A DNA stretch of 64,000 bases from a virus (Duplodnaviria; Caudoviricetes): the IMG/VR virus record IMGVR_UViG_3300014208_000026, positions 128,001-192,000 of that record; one strand, written 5' to 3'. The notes beneath the pieces were generated by a model. It saw only the letters and a list, made by a program, of their open reading frames with translations, made no database searches and had not been told where the DNA came from. Positions 53,001 to 63,319 of the stretch are shown here, one piece after another; the stretch's first letter is position 1; each line of letters starts with the position of its first letter. Both the position numbers and the translations under genes were made by a program.

Positions 53001-56000
53001 TGGTTGCGGATGCGGGGGAAGCACTAGAAAAGGGTCGGGATATCGAAGTGCGGATTGGTTTGGTTTCTCCCGCGGCGTGGGCAGTTTACGTGCTTCAGAA
53101 AGCTCTCCTGGGCAAGATTGCCAACAACTCTTTGCTTGTGAACCTGACCAGCCCCCGAGTGCTGGTTGAAAGCTTCGGTTTGAGGTTGGGGGCTCAGCTT
53201 TTCTCTTTTACGGATCCTGGACACCCGATTTCTATGGTGGGGGCTTTTTCCGTTCCGATTCCGGTCGGCACGATCGAATGCTTGACTACGACGGGTGAGA
53301 TTGGTTTTGCATCGGATCTCCTGGTCGACTACCAGGAATCGGACGTGTACTTCACTGAGACGTTCTTGGACCCGACGGCTTTCCTGACGGGCACCGTAGA
53401 ACTTGACCCTGAGACGGGCGGGTTGAATTTCAGTTCTGTTGACATGACAAGTTTTGGTGGACAGGAAGCTTACTTTGTCGAGCGGATGATTACCGAAGGT
53501 AGAGAGGACGTGGCGATCAGCCCTGTGGTAGGGACGTTCGCTTTCAACACGCCTTTGAAGGCTTGGCAGGTTGTCCAGGCGGACTATTACTTGGCGGACT
53601 CCTCGGGGAACAAGGCTCTCGACGATGCGGGGAATGAGATTCACGTTCTGGAGTACCTCCCCGTCTACATTCAGCGGGAAATCTGTACCGCTACGGCCAA
53701 TCCGAACGTCTATGCCTTCAATCCGACGGGGCGCTACGTGTTCCCGAATATCGTGCCGACGGTGTACGTCGGGGCTGTAATGATGAACTATGCTAGCGAA
53801 ACCGCTACCTTCGACGGCAACACTGTGCTCCTCTCCGAGATTCCGGCCGTGGGGGACGTGGTTACGATTAGCTATGCCGTACTGCATTCCTTTGGCGGGG
53901 AGTCTACGTACACCTCTTCTCAGAAGCCCATTTACCGGCCGCCGTTTTTCCTGCAACAGGGACAGGATACCTTCACGCTCGCAGGAGATCGGACTTCTGA
54001 AGTCCAGACCGGTTGTTTGCTCCGACTCGGGGAGGCCCCTTTCTATATCACGTCCTCCGCTTATGCTAGTGGGGTCACGACCGTAATGGTGTCTCCCACT
54101 CCGGTAGCTGAGGCTGGTTCTCGCGCCCCTGGCAACGATTCTTTGACACTTCTGAGTTCCGAGCCGGTCAATGTTCCGAATTTCATTTGGGTCACCCCTG
54201 GAATCCCCTTCGAGAAGGTTCCGAAGAACGGGCGTTCGGTTACTGTGTTGGGGGATATTCTCTCCTACGCCGTGCCTGGACACTTGATGGAGATCGGCGG
54301 GATTCCGTTCATCATTGCAGGGGCTAGAAGGGACGACACGGGAACCAAGACGATCGTCGAATGGACTTCCGTGGCCCCCTATGAGTTGCAGGGCTCTTTG
54401 CTGCGGATTTCCGTACGACCGATCTATCCGCCGAGTGCTAGCGTTTTCCTGGGCTTGGGGGGCTTGATTCCCGATGAGCCCTATGAACTCATCCTGTTCG
54501 GAAACGGTGTTCCTGGACGTTCTCTGGTGCCGAACATCGAGTACGGGATAGATCCGGCTACCGGTGGGGTTTCTCTCCTGCGGGATACACTACAGCCTAA
54601 CCAGTGGTTATATTTCCGGTACACCGGTCTGGACACTCTGGCTCCCACTTACCAGTCAGGCGTTTTCGTTCTGCCCCGAGTGAAGTCGAAGTTCTCTTAC
54701 ATGACAACTCCCTCGGAGGACAACGGTATCCTCGACGGGTACTTGCAGGCTTCTTTCTCTTTCCGGAATCCGGACACCTTCTACGCCAAGGTCACTCCTT
54801 TGCTGGATTTCATGAGCGAGGTTAGCCGGAATGCCGTAGAAGCTGTAAAGAGCCGACAACCTACCAGCGGCCCTATGTTGCCCTCGAACACTACAAGTGA
54901 ACCTGGGGGCGTGTCTCTGGTAGGAGAGAAGCAGGAGTTGCAGAATGAGGACCGTGCAGCTCGTGCTTTCCTGTCTTTCTACAACCAAGTGATCTCCACG
55001 TTCGAACAAGTCCAGGAAACCATTGGATCGGGTATCGTAGGGGACCGAGACGGCAAGTTCAAGTTCTCTCTCGGGCCGGAGACAGAGGTCGCGGGTCCTG
55101 GCTCTGAAGATGATATTTCGGGACTGCTCAATCCCAAGAACCTCTGGACCAATGTTTTCATGCAGCTTCTAGTCGGGCCTCCCGTCTACGGCTCTCCGGT
55201 TTACGTGACGTCGAAGGATCCGTTGGTTCATCCCCTTGGGCTCTCTTTGACCGGCGGGGTGCTGGACGGAAGTCTCCCGAGCATCGACTACCTGAATGAG
55301 TGGATTCAGCTTCAGAAGGGGTTCGTCGAGAACGAAGTAGATGATGTGATCTTGACCGGCGTTTCCCGTTTGCAAAGGACTCGCGGGTCGTGGCCTCCTG
55401 GCCTCCACCTCAAGGCGTTCGGTAAGTTCCTGTCCTTGGCCGACCCCAGCCGGTTCTCCAGGATTTTCCCCGAAGAGACTACGGTGTTCACGACTACTGG
55501 CCCTGGTATCGGTGCGGATGAACTGACCGGAGATCCCGGAGAGTACGCTTACGCCAAGGTTGTGGATTCGGACGGTACGATCGCCTCTACCTTCCTGACG
55601 GCTATCGGAGAAGTGTCGAATCCTGTTTTGGGTACGGTCGAGAATATCCAGTCGATCGTGACGAAAGACCGTTACCCGAGAGCTAGGATCTGGGCTTACT
55701 CAGCTATTGGTTTCCCTGAGTTGGACGCTCAGATCTTCGCTTACGAACCTGCCCTGGGCCCGACTTATTTCGCCAGTGACCCCAGGCCAGCGGTTATCGC
55801 GACCCCCCTCCCGCTCAAGGATTTCCCGTTGACCACGGGCGGTTTGCCCGACGTAACCCAATTCGTTTCCTTGGGCGGTACTGTTTCGGATCTGGCGAGC
55901 GGGGACTACGATCTGCACATCTCTGGATTTGAAGGGTTCCCTACGGCTCAGGTCGGGTTCGGGCGTCCGGACGGGACGTTGTTCGACGTTGGGTATGGGG

Positions 56001-59000
56001 CAATTGTGATCCCGTTCTCCTCTCCCACGACGGCACCTGTTTACGTGGCGGACGTCATTTTGGGTTGCATCCTGACGTTCAAAGCCCGTCATGGCACGAA
56101 CGAGATGGACGTTACGAACGGGAACCTCTTTGTCCAGTTCGACGGGGGGATCGGAGGTCCGGCTCTTTCCTTGAATGAGGGGGATACCGTTTACCTGCAT
56201 ACCCCTGGTCGCGAGGAAATGGAGAACACGACCGATCCGCTCACTACGGATGATATGGAACGGGTTTCTCAGGGTCTTCCCGCTTACAGGGATGGGGTTG
56301 ACGTCGGGGTCAATAAGAAGAACGGCGAGTTCCTGGACCTGACGTTCCCCAGGTCTTTCCAGAAGTTGTTTGGACAGAAGACGCCTCAGCCCGTGAGCCC
56401 GATTGAGGCAAAGGTTCAATTCACAAGCGGGAACATGAGCCCGCTGGAGATTCCGGCTCTGACTGGACAGGACAAGAACGACAGCGGGGATTACACGCTC
56501 CCCTACCTCAAGACTCAGAACACGGAATTGGATCGGCTCGGAAACGTGGACCCTTACGTCGGGGAACTGTTCGCAGACAATTTCGTGGTGAGCAGCGGTG
56601 TCTATCCCGACGAGTTCGTAGGGACGGACGGGGCTGTTTTCATTGGGGGGTTACTATATCCCGCGTCTCTCCAGACTGCGGTTGACGTGGCTCCTGCTTT
56701 CACCCCCGGGTCCGGTTTGGGGACGCTGGCTCCCTTTGATCTGCTTCTGACTGAGGTTGGAGGTTCTGCGCTCCCTGTTGGTTGTCAGGGGATTCTGTCG
56801 GTTGGTCGTGTCGAGAGAATCGGTGCCACTACCTATATTGAGCCCCCTAGATTTATCACGCCTACGGTTCGGGGGGATGTTATCCGGTACACGTTCGACA
56901 ATGCTCAAGCGTTTGTGCAGGACCCTCAGCCGGTAGGTCCCTTCACGCCCGGGAACACCGAGGGTGTGAAGGTTGAAATCGACTACGTGGCTCACACGAC
57001 TACCTTTGATTTCAGCAGTGTGCCTGCTCTGGAATGGGCTCAGTTGCATGACGGTCTGGCTGCAGGTGTCGGTGGGTTGAACTCCATTTGGGGGTTAGGT
57101 GCCAATTCTAACCGGATTATCCTCAAGCTGTACCAGCGGGAACTTGGGGCCGGAGAAGGCGCTGTTGTAGAGACCGTTGTGATTGAGGGTCTTACGGTTA
57201 CGGGTAGCTCCGGAACCGTGGCTATCACGAGTGCTCAGTTCGGCGTAGGTCCTGGGGAGAGGCAGTTGGTGATTGGAGGCTGGCCTCTGCCTTTCCTCGA
57301 CGTCACACGGGTTGAAATGCCATTTACGGTTGTGCCTCTGGTGTCCGCTATTTCGGATTACCAGTATGACTACACAATCTCTCTCGACACTTACAATGCC
57401 GGAACGGGGCAATCCACCACGGCGTATGTAGACAGGGATCGTTTGACTTTTGTAGAGGTCGTCGACTTCACGACGGTCAAGGTTAGAGGTGCCGTCCATC
57501 CGAAAAACGCGGGGACCTCGATCGAGGGGCGCTTGAAGGTGGATACCATAACGGGCACTCTCGGGAGTGACCTGACAATCAATGCTATCGTGAACACGGG
57601 GATCCCGTTCACGTTCCTCCAGAGGGCTTATGGAACGGGCACCTGGATTCCCGCCGCCTTGGGCGGGGATGAACTCGGAACCATTCGGGTCATGGCTTTT
57701 GAGGGGTCTGGCAATACCGAACTCCCCGCTGACGTTTCCGACGTAGTTTTCTCCGCTCTGCCTTCCTCTATCTGCAACACGACAGGGCTCATTTGCGATA
57801 GTAGCGGCATGGCGTTGAAGGGTTCCGATTGGGTTTCTGCTGTTCCTCCCGCTACGGGTGTGTTGAATGTAGAGGCGGGGGACACTCTCGTTATCAAGAG
57901 TGCGTGTGCTAAGGCGGGCACTTACCTTGTCCGGCATGGGGTGGAGTCCAATAACCTGTCTGACACCCGTGAAGTTGTTCTGGAAGCGGCGGCTGGAGTT
58001 TCGTCCAGTTGGGTAGATATCCAGTTCCCGACTCTCGTGTCTTGGGACTCCCTGGCAGGAACTGTAACGATTTCTGACACGTTCCTTTTCTCCTTGTCCC
58101 CGACGGGACACGCTTTCAGGACCGCAGGCTTCACGCAGATTTACTTCCTGACCCAAGTGGACGGCCCCGACACCAAGCTGGTGTACGCTTCCTACGCGGG
58201 CATTGCGGGGAATACTTTCAACGGCTTGAACCTGTTCAGAGATGAGAACGACAATCCTGTCTCAGCTACGGACTTTTGGAACTCCCTGTCCGCAGGTATG
58301 TCTATCTCCGGCATGGTCTATCTTCCGATTCATGTTGGAGGAGAACAGGGACTCCCCAATAACAACGTAGTCGGGGGTGCGGGGGTTTGCGGTTTCACGG
58401 GGATCTCCATCCAGAACGGAACAGCACTGCCCCGGGATTTCGATGCCATTAGTGCTTATCCGGTTGCGGTGGGGGATGAGATCGGGGTGGGGCCTGCAAT
58501 TCAGGAACCCAGCAACGTTTTCCAATCGGACCCCGACACGGTTGTCTATCCCAATGTTGCAGGGCTTCTGGACGTCAGTGTCGTTGTGACGTGGCCTTGT
58601 CACACGGGACCTGGAGTTAGATGTTTTGTTCCTGGAGACCGCCTTGTCACTTCTACTGTGGCTACTCCAATCGGTTTCGAGGCTCAGGCGGGTATCTTCC
58701 TGGAGCCTTCTTTCCCCATGCCTGCCTTGCCCTTGGGCGGAGGCAGTGCTCTGGTGGTCGACGCCACCCACGGCATGGCGGCCAACCATATCGGTTTCAG
58801 GGAGGATGCAGCTTACGTAGGAGTTGCCGAACCTGTTGCCTTCGAGGTCCGGCGAATCCGTCGTTTCCATGAAGTCCAGAACCTTATCGGAGAAGCCCTA
58901 TACCCCCTTCGGTACACCTACCTCATTCGTCGAGGTACCGTTACAGGGTACGCGATAGACCCCGACAACAAAGGATTCATGGTCGTAGCCGCCGGAGGGA

Positions 59001-60337
59001 CAAATCTGGGATATTTCGACGATCCCGATGTGAATATTCAGGCGGGGGACACTTTCAGGGTCCGCTATTCTGGTAGTGTTTATGAGGCTACGATCGGTAG
59101 CGTGGTGAGCGGGACTTTCTTGATGCTCTCCGTTCCTGGTTTGGGCATTCCGGTCAGTCCTGTTGGGATGGAGTTTGAGGTCTACCTGAAACGGGTTCCT
59201 GTTCCCCACGTCCAGTCGAACGAACAGCTTTTCTCTCTCATTCAGAGTGAACTGCTAGTCGATAGAACCGCAGATTATACAACAGGAGCGGGCGGTTCTG
59301 TCGCTACGACGAATGAACTGGCCGACTCAGGGATTGATTTCGTGACGGCTCAGGTCCAGCCTGGGGATATTCTGGTTGTGGACCCCGCAGGTGCCCTTTC
59401 AGGACAAACCGGTCTGGCTGTTCCTCCGGAGTATGGGATGCGCCCCTACGGGGACTTGTCCGTATTCGGACGTGTTCCGTACGTAGCGGGCAAGCCAAGC
59501 GAGATGGACGACAACAGAGGGTTCTACAAGGTACAGACTGTAAATGCTGGAAGCCTTGTGGTTTCCCCCGAGACGTCTTTCTCCGGCACCGCCGCTCCGG
59601 TTGTGTTCGGCGGGGCGGGTTACGAGTACGCTGTTTACCCCACGGTTCACGATTCGGATATTCCGGTGCCAGGGAGTCCCGAAGGGCAAATGGACCTGCG
59701 TCTTACCGCACCCGCAGGAATCGTGACCAATTCCTTCAAGGGAACTCCGTACTCGGTCCAGCCCTTCTCTTATAGGGTGATTCGGCCTTCGGGCCAGTTC
59801 TCTGAAGAGGCCGTGTACCTCGTGCTGTTCATGCGGGAGCGTATGCTCTCCTGGATTGAACAGATCGGTGTGTTCCTCGACGGCAACAAGCACGGTTCGT
59901 ATTTCGTGTTCCAGCGGGATGAGCATATCGAGGATCTGGGCGACCCCGCAATCCCGGAACTTGGCCTTGGGGTTATCTTCAATGCTTTGGTCTATGGACT
60001 GCGCGGGGTTGTGGGAGCGACGCCGTTTGCGAATGACGCAGACTGTCTTTCCCTACTGGACCGACGTTTCTGGATTCTTGACAGGCGCCTGGACTTCTTG
60101 AACTACACGGATTACGAGGGCGTGGGTGCTTCTGTCCGGCCCGTTCTGCCAGACCTTATCGACCTTGTGTTGGAGTTCCGCGACGCTATGCGGCAACAGC
60201 GTTACTTCTGGCTGGACTATCGAACCAATCGGATTTCTGGTACACTGGCTGCAATGAAGCGTTTTGACGAAGAGTACCCGAGAAGAGTGAAAGAGAAAGA
60301 AGACCTTCTGTTGATGCTCAAAGGAAGCGCTCAATGA
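50006..60337 (+). CDS. Giant virion protein (about 3443 aa), probable baseplate wedge/tail fibre
   Basis: Uninterrupted 10.3-kb ORF, beta-rich, ATGA overlaps at both ends, within the baseplate cluster. Confidence 0.8.
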   Translation: MGKFVYKAVRAAASNAKTTEVPTGGVLRDYKVLPQAFAYADPVQFVDVPGEQYRTAILNSSVQGDTEYLLWAANGGSLSIGDPTWVLEDGAGTIPTGMLVDTGAVHTDGSDSIIVTGGDGRTVTSVVRVEVVRGDVPGSVITVVAFGSVSLTGRVTFDGATLLSLDGGVFQSRGDYIKSVWYQTEPVKFWWSRNDPQRTRFGWNNQVQRWEPYKGSSVKDLGLLTPDGRYLLSPRPNQLNRGETLPGEFATPDTYAMVRLGQYPDSNSDPVAADGPGAFTGIEIVSDEEAQGTGFVWGTQAGIVGETGGVLQWNPVFLNTYAGKTVWYTPQDFETDVNGFVGNISVGNHLHIAPIPGPTDYPFIRVGTCRYLNVLVVADEATQAGVSPALDEVVVALSTGKLKFNSGLLAKADPTDPAFDIQYLGAEVYYDGVALTQQPVPTVAPAALTGPLDDLYAPLADFATDLGTSGVLYLPDQTGLVPQPGTPGIRPGGDTLAATATGLVRQAETFGDLLIFGSTRVLEKVIVVDTENDAPKHAFKIPAGTAYLSRDTGRVFLSRKDQHDFAGQQLYILQALCRPAVSVPRAVLYSRLASPFTLEGADKLYFALDSTSYVWTSTLGAGTFTAQQIVTNIQANTAPAIAAWQVAVVGDQIILQDALAVEIGWGASLTDKDLSGARALGFLPGWRATAAGGWLPDSGFAFGLERSPVNLDRTGPESDALAEYRTEDLTLSKSVKAQPFMFLDQIPIQDVAGYDDDVFYRLTSTVQRGSTSYTVTRQLQNFVNVKYDFGQKKLLWLDSYESTSLIQQPTSAFYLGQLNVIPETMYLPSNGVWVSRTGGPLQKLVYGEDFILPNSGVPGVAQLIRRVGDTEMSGARGQFTALSSSFTDPDADFTSVQDGYILKILVGEAEGSYVVTSAVPAFLTVTPAFAVSSPSATPTEWVVYKAHRRDVYDASAPVVLADVTYREFNHLTSEPFKIHALSYVGDVPVDATAQFAHRLVADAGEALEKGRDIEVRIGLVSPAAWAVYVLQKALLGKIANNSLLVNLTSPRVLVESFGLRLGAQLFSFTDPGHPISMVGAFSVPIPVGTIECLTTTGEIGFASDLLVDYQESDVYFTETFLDPTAFLTGTVELDPETGGLNFSSVDMTSFGGQEAYFVERMITEGREDVAISPVVGTFAFNTPLKAWQVVQADYYLADSSGNKALDDAGNEIHVLEYLPVYIQREICTATANPNVYAFNPTGRYVFPNIVPTVYVGAVMMNYASETATFDGNTVLLSEIPAVGDVVTISYAVLHSFGGESTYTSSQKPIYRPPFFLQQGQDTFTLAGDRTSEVQTGCLLRLGEAPFYITSSAYASGVTTVMVSPTPVAEAGSRAPGNDSLTLLSSEPVNVPNFIWVTPGIPFEKVPKNGRSVTVLGDILSYAVPGHLMEIGGIPFIIAGARRDDTGTKTIVEWTSVAPYELQGSLLRISVRPIYPPSASVFLGLGGLIPDEPYELILFGNGVPGRSLVPNIEYGIDPATGGVSLLRDTLQPNQWLYFRYTGLDTLAPTYQSGVFVLPRVKSKFSYMTTPSEDNGILDGYLQASFSFRNPDTFYAKVTPLLDFMSEVSRNAVEAVKSRQPTSGPMLPSNTTSEPGGVSLVGEKQELQNEDRAARAFLSFYNQVISTFEQVQETIGSGIVGDRDGKFKFSLGPETEVAGPGSEDDISGLLNPKNLWTNVFMQLLVGPPVYGSPVYVTSKDPLVHPLGLSLTGGVLDGSLPSIDYLNEWIQLQKGFVENEVDDVILTGVSRLQRTRGSWPPGLHLKAFGKFLSLADPSRFSRIFPEETTVFTTTGPGIGADELTGDPGEYAYAKVVDSDGTIASTFLTAIGEVSNPVLGTVENIQSIVTKDRYPRARIWAYSAIGFPELDAQIFAYEPALGPTYFASDPRPAVIATPLPLKDFPLTTGGLPDVTQFVSLGGTVSDLASGDYDLHISGFEGFPTAQVGFGRPDGTLFDVGYGAIVIPFSSPTTAPVYVADVILGCILTFKARHGTNEMDVTNGNLFVQFDGGIGGPALSLNEGDTVYLHTPGREEMENTTDPLTTDDMERVSQGLPAYRDGVDVGVNKKNGEFLDLTFPRSFQKLFGQKTPQPVSPIEAKVQFTSGNMSPLEIPALTGQDKNDSGDYTLPYLKTQNTELDRLGNVDPYVGELFADNFVVSSGVYPDEFVGTDGAVFIGGLLYPASLQTAVDVAPAFTPGSGLGTLAPFDLLLTEVGGSALPVGCQGILSVGRVERIGATTYIEPPRFITPTVRGDVIRYTFDNAQAFVQDPQPVGPFTPGNTEGVKVEIDYVAHTTTFDFSSVPALEWAQLHDGLAAGVGGLNSIWGLGANSNRIILKLYQRELGAGEGAVVETVVIEGLTVTGSSGTVAITSAQFGVGPGERQLVIGGWPLPFLDVTRVEMPFTVVPLVSAISDYQYDYTISLDTYNAGTGQSTTAYVDRDRLTFVEVVDFTTVKVRGAVHPKNAGTSIEGRLKVDTITGTLGSDLTINAIVNTGIPFTFLQRAYGTGTWIPAALGGDELGTIRVMAFEGSGNTELPADVSDVVFSALPSSICNTTGLICDSSGMALKGSDWVSAVPPATGVLNVEAGDTLVIKSACAKAGTYLVRHGVESNNLSDTREVVLEAAAGVSSSWVDIQFPTLVSWDSLAGTVTISDTFLFSLSPTGHAFRTAGFTQIYFLTQVDGPDTKLVYASYAGIAGNTFNGLNLFRDENDNPVSATDFWNSLSAGMSISGMVYLPIHVGGEQGLPNNNVVGGAGVCGFTGISIQNGTALPRDFDAISAYPVAVGDEIGVGPAIQEPSNVFQSDPDTVVYPNVAGLLDVSVVVTWPCHTGPGVRCFVPGDRLVTSTVATPIGFEAQAGIFLEPSFPMPALPLGGGSALVVDATHGMAANHIGFREDAAYVGVAEPVAFEVRRIRRFHEVQNLIGEALYPLRYTYLIRRGTVTGYAIDPDNKGFMVVAAGGTNLGYFDDPDVNIQAGDTFRVRYSGSVYEATIGSVVSGTFLMLSVPGLGIPVSPVGMEFEVYLKRVPVPHVQSNEQLFSLIQSELLVDRTADYTTGAGGSVATTNELADSGIDFVTAQVQPGDILVVDPAGALSGQTGLAVPPEYGMRPYGDLSVFGRVPYVAGKPSEMDDNRGFYKVQTVNAGSLVVSPETSFSGTAAPVVFGGAGYEYAVYPTVHDSDIPVPGSPEGQMDLRLTAPAGIVTNSFKGTPYSVQPFSYRVIRPSGQFSEEAVYLVLFMRERMLSWIEQIGVFLDGNKHGSYFVFQRDEHIEDLGDPAIPELGLGVIFNALVYGLRGVVGATPFANDADCLSLLDRRFWILDRRLDFLNYTDYEGVGASVRPVLPDLIDLVLEFRDAMRQQRYFWLDYRTNRISGTLAAMKRFDEEYPRRVKEKEDLLLMLKGSAQ

Positions 60338-60555
60338 AAGCTGAAGAACTGAAAAAGAAGCTAGAAGAACAGGGGATGGAGCCCAAGTGGATTTCCTCCC
60401 CTGAGCGTACGGTCGAGTTGATTCCAGGCGGGGTCGATAAAGACACCCTGTTGCGGGTGAAGTCTCTTCTGGCGGGGGAGTTGCAAAAGCTGCGAGGACA
60501 GGCGGATACTCTGAGAAGTGAGTCCAATAGAATTCGTCATGGTGGAGGAAAGTAA
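60334..60555 (+). CDS. Small hypothetical protein
   Basis: 73 aa, ATGA overlap. Confidence 0.7.
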   Translation: MKAEELKKKLEEQGMEPKWISSPERTVELIPGGVDKDTLLRVKSLLAGELQKLRGQADTLRSESNRIRHGGGK

Positions 60556-60560
60556 AGAAA

Positions 60561-63317
60561 ATGCCCGCACCGCCTCCTGTTATCACTACTGTGGCTGACG
60601 CTAACAAGGCTTCGGATGATGGTAAATGGCTTACCCTTAGTGTCGGGTTGCCCGATTACCTGAAGGACGCCAAGGACAAGTTTCATAGTGGGGCTTCCAC
60701 TCTCATTACGTTGATGGATATTGCCCTGGCGGCTCTCCGGCTGGCCAAGGCACTGTCTCTGTCCTACCTCGATCCCTTGATCGCTATTCTGGAAGCGATT
60801 GTCAACGAGCTTCAAGGGTACATCAACGATCTCACGAAGGGTGGGATTTTCATTTCGGGGGACTGGAAGTATTTCGTGGCTCCCTTCGAGGACCTGCGGG
60901 GCGGGTTCTCTGCTTATGAGCGTCGGATGGTGTCCCGTTTCGCCGATCCGACGGACCCGACACGCCCGAATCTGTCCCCCTCGTCGGCGGCTATGGCGGT
61001 GTTTGTGTACTCCGAAGAGGACCTGACGGCGGTCATGAATATCGTGCGGCTGGTCAAGCTGCTCATGAAGTTCTTTGGGCAGGATTTCCTTCCGAAGGGC
61101 CTACCGGCCGTTTCGAACTTGAAGGTTGCTTACGGGCTTGCGGATATGAACGCTTTCGACTATTTCCGAAGCTTGGGGGATTACTTCGACTCGTCGAACG
61201 CGGGCAAGGTTCCAAACGTCGCCCGAGTAACCTGGAACGCGAATATCACCCCGAACAGCATGGGCTTGACTCTCCCCAATATCACTGTCGGCGGGTACTT
61301 GATTCAGGTTTCGACGGTGAAGGATGGGTTGCCTATCTACTACGAGAGGAACGTGGACAACGTTCCCAAGACGATTCTGCCCTCGGGTGGGACAGCGACT
61401 CAGAAAGTCGTGGGCAGGGTTCTTGACCCCTCGGGACAGCCTCTCACTCTTTATGGCGGTGCAGATCAGATTTTCGTCGAAGGAGCTTTGGGTTTCAACT
61501 CGAACATCGACGCGAATGGTGTTTTGAGGCCCGGGGCCGCTCGTGTGTTCGCCAAGAAATCTCAGGCGGATGACGTTGCTATCCCTCTGGATTTGTTGAA
61601 GGACGGGGACGATTACCTGTACCAGAAGACCTTTTTCCTGGATGCTACGACAGCGGCCTTCTATCCAGGGGACGGGTTTGGTTTCCCGTTGGCTTATGAC
61701 CAAATGCCCTTTGATGCTACGGCAAAGCAGGAGTCTGACGGGACTGTGATTTTGGTGAAGGGGGAGCGACCCCTCAATTACTACGTGCGGGTCACTCCGA
61801 CCAGTACCGGTGTTACAAGTGCTGCGGGGGAAAAGGGTGTGACAGGGGAGGGTTCTTTCTATTTCTGGCTCAGCTCAGATACGATAAGTGCCCCGCAACC
61901 GTTTAGAGCGACCGCCGCGGGGGTGAACTCTAAGGGTGAGCGTTTGGAAATGGGGGCGGACTATGGCCAGACTTCCGACGCCCTCCCGATTCTGTTCCCG
62001 AGCATCAACACCAAGACCTACATGGATCGCGTAGCTATTGCCCTCGCAGTGCTGGTTCTGAGCCGCTCGGATCTTTCCGTGTACGAAGGAACGGATCCCG
62101 CCAGTGAGTTCAATACCAAAGGTATGGCCAGGACCCCCACGGGGTTGGAGCCTTTCGGGTCTTTGGTCAACTGGATTTACTCTGGCCCCAACAACGTTTT
62201 CGAAAGCCCCGATACTTCTCCAGATAGTTTCCGCAGTGACCTGTGGAGTCGGTGTCGACAACTGGCCTATGACCTGTACCAGAAAACGGGCCCTATGCCC
62301 GCTATCGAAGAGTTTGTCGTGGCCCAGACAGGGTTGCTGGACACCTGGACTTGGGGGCAGGATTCTGGAAACTTTCTCCTGGCAGGGACGAAAGCGACTA
62401 TCGTAGAGTCTTTGAATGCTAACGCAAAAGCCGGAGAATACGAGGGGCTTGCTCTCAACCCTTGGTGCCTTGCTCCGCTAAGCGTGGTGCAGGGCACTTA
62501 TCTTGCCCCTACGGGAAGTCCTATCAATTCCAGGGAGCCAGGATTCTTTGCTTTCCTGCCTGAACGGGTTTTTACCAAGGACGGCTATACCCAGGAGGAA
62601 TTGCATTCGACGCTGGCTCCGTACCCCCCGCTACAGGCTCAGTTCCGGATGTCTATTGAAATGGGGTCTTGGCCGATAAATCAGGTGGACAGGCTCTACT
62701 ATTTGCCTCCGCAGTTCGTTTCTGGAGACTCGGGCAAGCTAGAAGGTTCGGAAGACCATTCGCCTATCTATTACACGAACTGGGGCGCTTTGAAGACCGG
62801 AACGGGAGGGCAGATTTTCTTCTGCCGGAACCTGTTCTCCGCCGAGGTGTATAAGCAGGCGGCCGTGGCTTTGAACATAGCGGCTTCTTCTTTCGGGCGG
62901 CGTAAGGATAAGGGCGAGTGGATTGCCATTCGGCCTTTCCAAGCCATGCCCGACCTGTTCGGAATGCTGGACACCATCGTCATGTGGGCTCAGGGACTGA
63001 CCGCAGGGTTGAAATCTATTGCGGATGCTCTCGATTCCTACATTGAGTTCATCGAGGCCCGTATCCTGGAAATCCAGCAGTTGATTCGGCGCATTGACGC
63101 CCTCGTGCAGTCCATCGAGATGATTCAGGTTCCGAGTTTCAGTGGGTTGATAGTGCATGGTAACGGGACGGACGGGCTCCTCTCGGGGTTCCTTTCGGCT
63201 CAGGACAAGCCCTCTAGTAGCGGTGCCGATGTGTACGGGGCGGGGGTCGTAATTGTCATGGGCGGGATTCCGGCTGCGAGTGTTCCTCTCCTGGAACTGT
63301 TGTTGGCGAAGGTGTAG
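60561..63317 (+). CDS. Large virion/baseplate-associated protein
   Basis: 918 aa; helical N- and C-termini around a beta-rich middle. Confidence 0.7.
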   Translation: MPAPPPVITTVADANKASDDGKWLTLSVGLPDYLKDAKDKFHSGASTLITLMDIALAALRLAKALSLSYLDPLIAILEAIVNELQGYINDLTKGGIFISGDWKYFVAPFEDLRGGFSAYERRMVSRFADPTDPTRPNLSPSSAAMAVFVYSEEDLTAVMNIVRLVKLLMKFFGQDFLPKGLPAVSNLKVAYGLADMNAFDYFRSLGDYFDSSNAGKVPNVARVTWNANITPNSMGLTLPNITVGGYLIQVSTVKDGLPIYYERNVDNVPKTILPSGGTATQKVVGRVLDPSGQPLTLYGGADQIFVEGALGFNSNIDANGVLRPGAARVFAKKSQADDVAIPLDLLKDGDDYLYQKTFFLDATTAAFYPGDGFGFPLAYDQMPFDATAKQESDGTVILVKGERPLNYYVRVTPTSTGVTSAAGEKGVTGEGSFYFWLSSDTISAPQPFRATAAGVNSKGERLEMGADYGQTSDALPILFPSINTKTYMDRVAIALAVLVLSRSDLSVYEGTDPASEFNTKGMARTPTGLEPFGSLVNWIYSGPNNVFESPDTSPDSFRSDLWSRCRQLAYDLYQKTGPMPAIEEFVVAQTGLLDTWTWGQDSGNFLLAGTKATIVESLNANAKAGEYEGLALNPWCLAPLSVVQGTYLAPTGSPINSREPGFFAFLPERVFTKDGYTQEELHSTLAPYPPLQAQFRMSIEMGSWPINQVDRLYYLPPQFVSGDSGKLEGSEDHSPIYYTNWGALKTGTGGQIFFCRNLFSAEVYKQAAVALNIAASSFGRRKDKGEWIAIRPFQAMPDLFGMLDTIVMWAQGLTAGLKSIADALDSYIEFIEARILEIQQLIRRIDALVQSIEMIQVPSFSGLIVHGNGTDGLLSGFLSAQDKPSSSGADVYGAGVVIVMGGIPAASVPLLELLLAKV

Positions 63318-63319
63318 AG

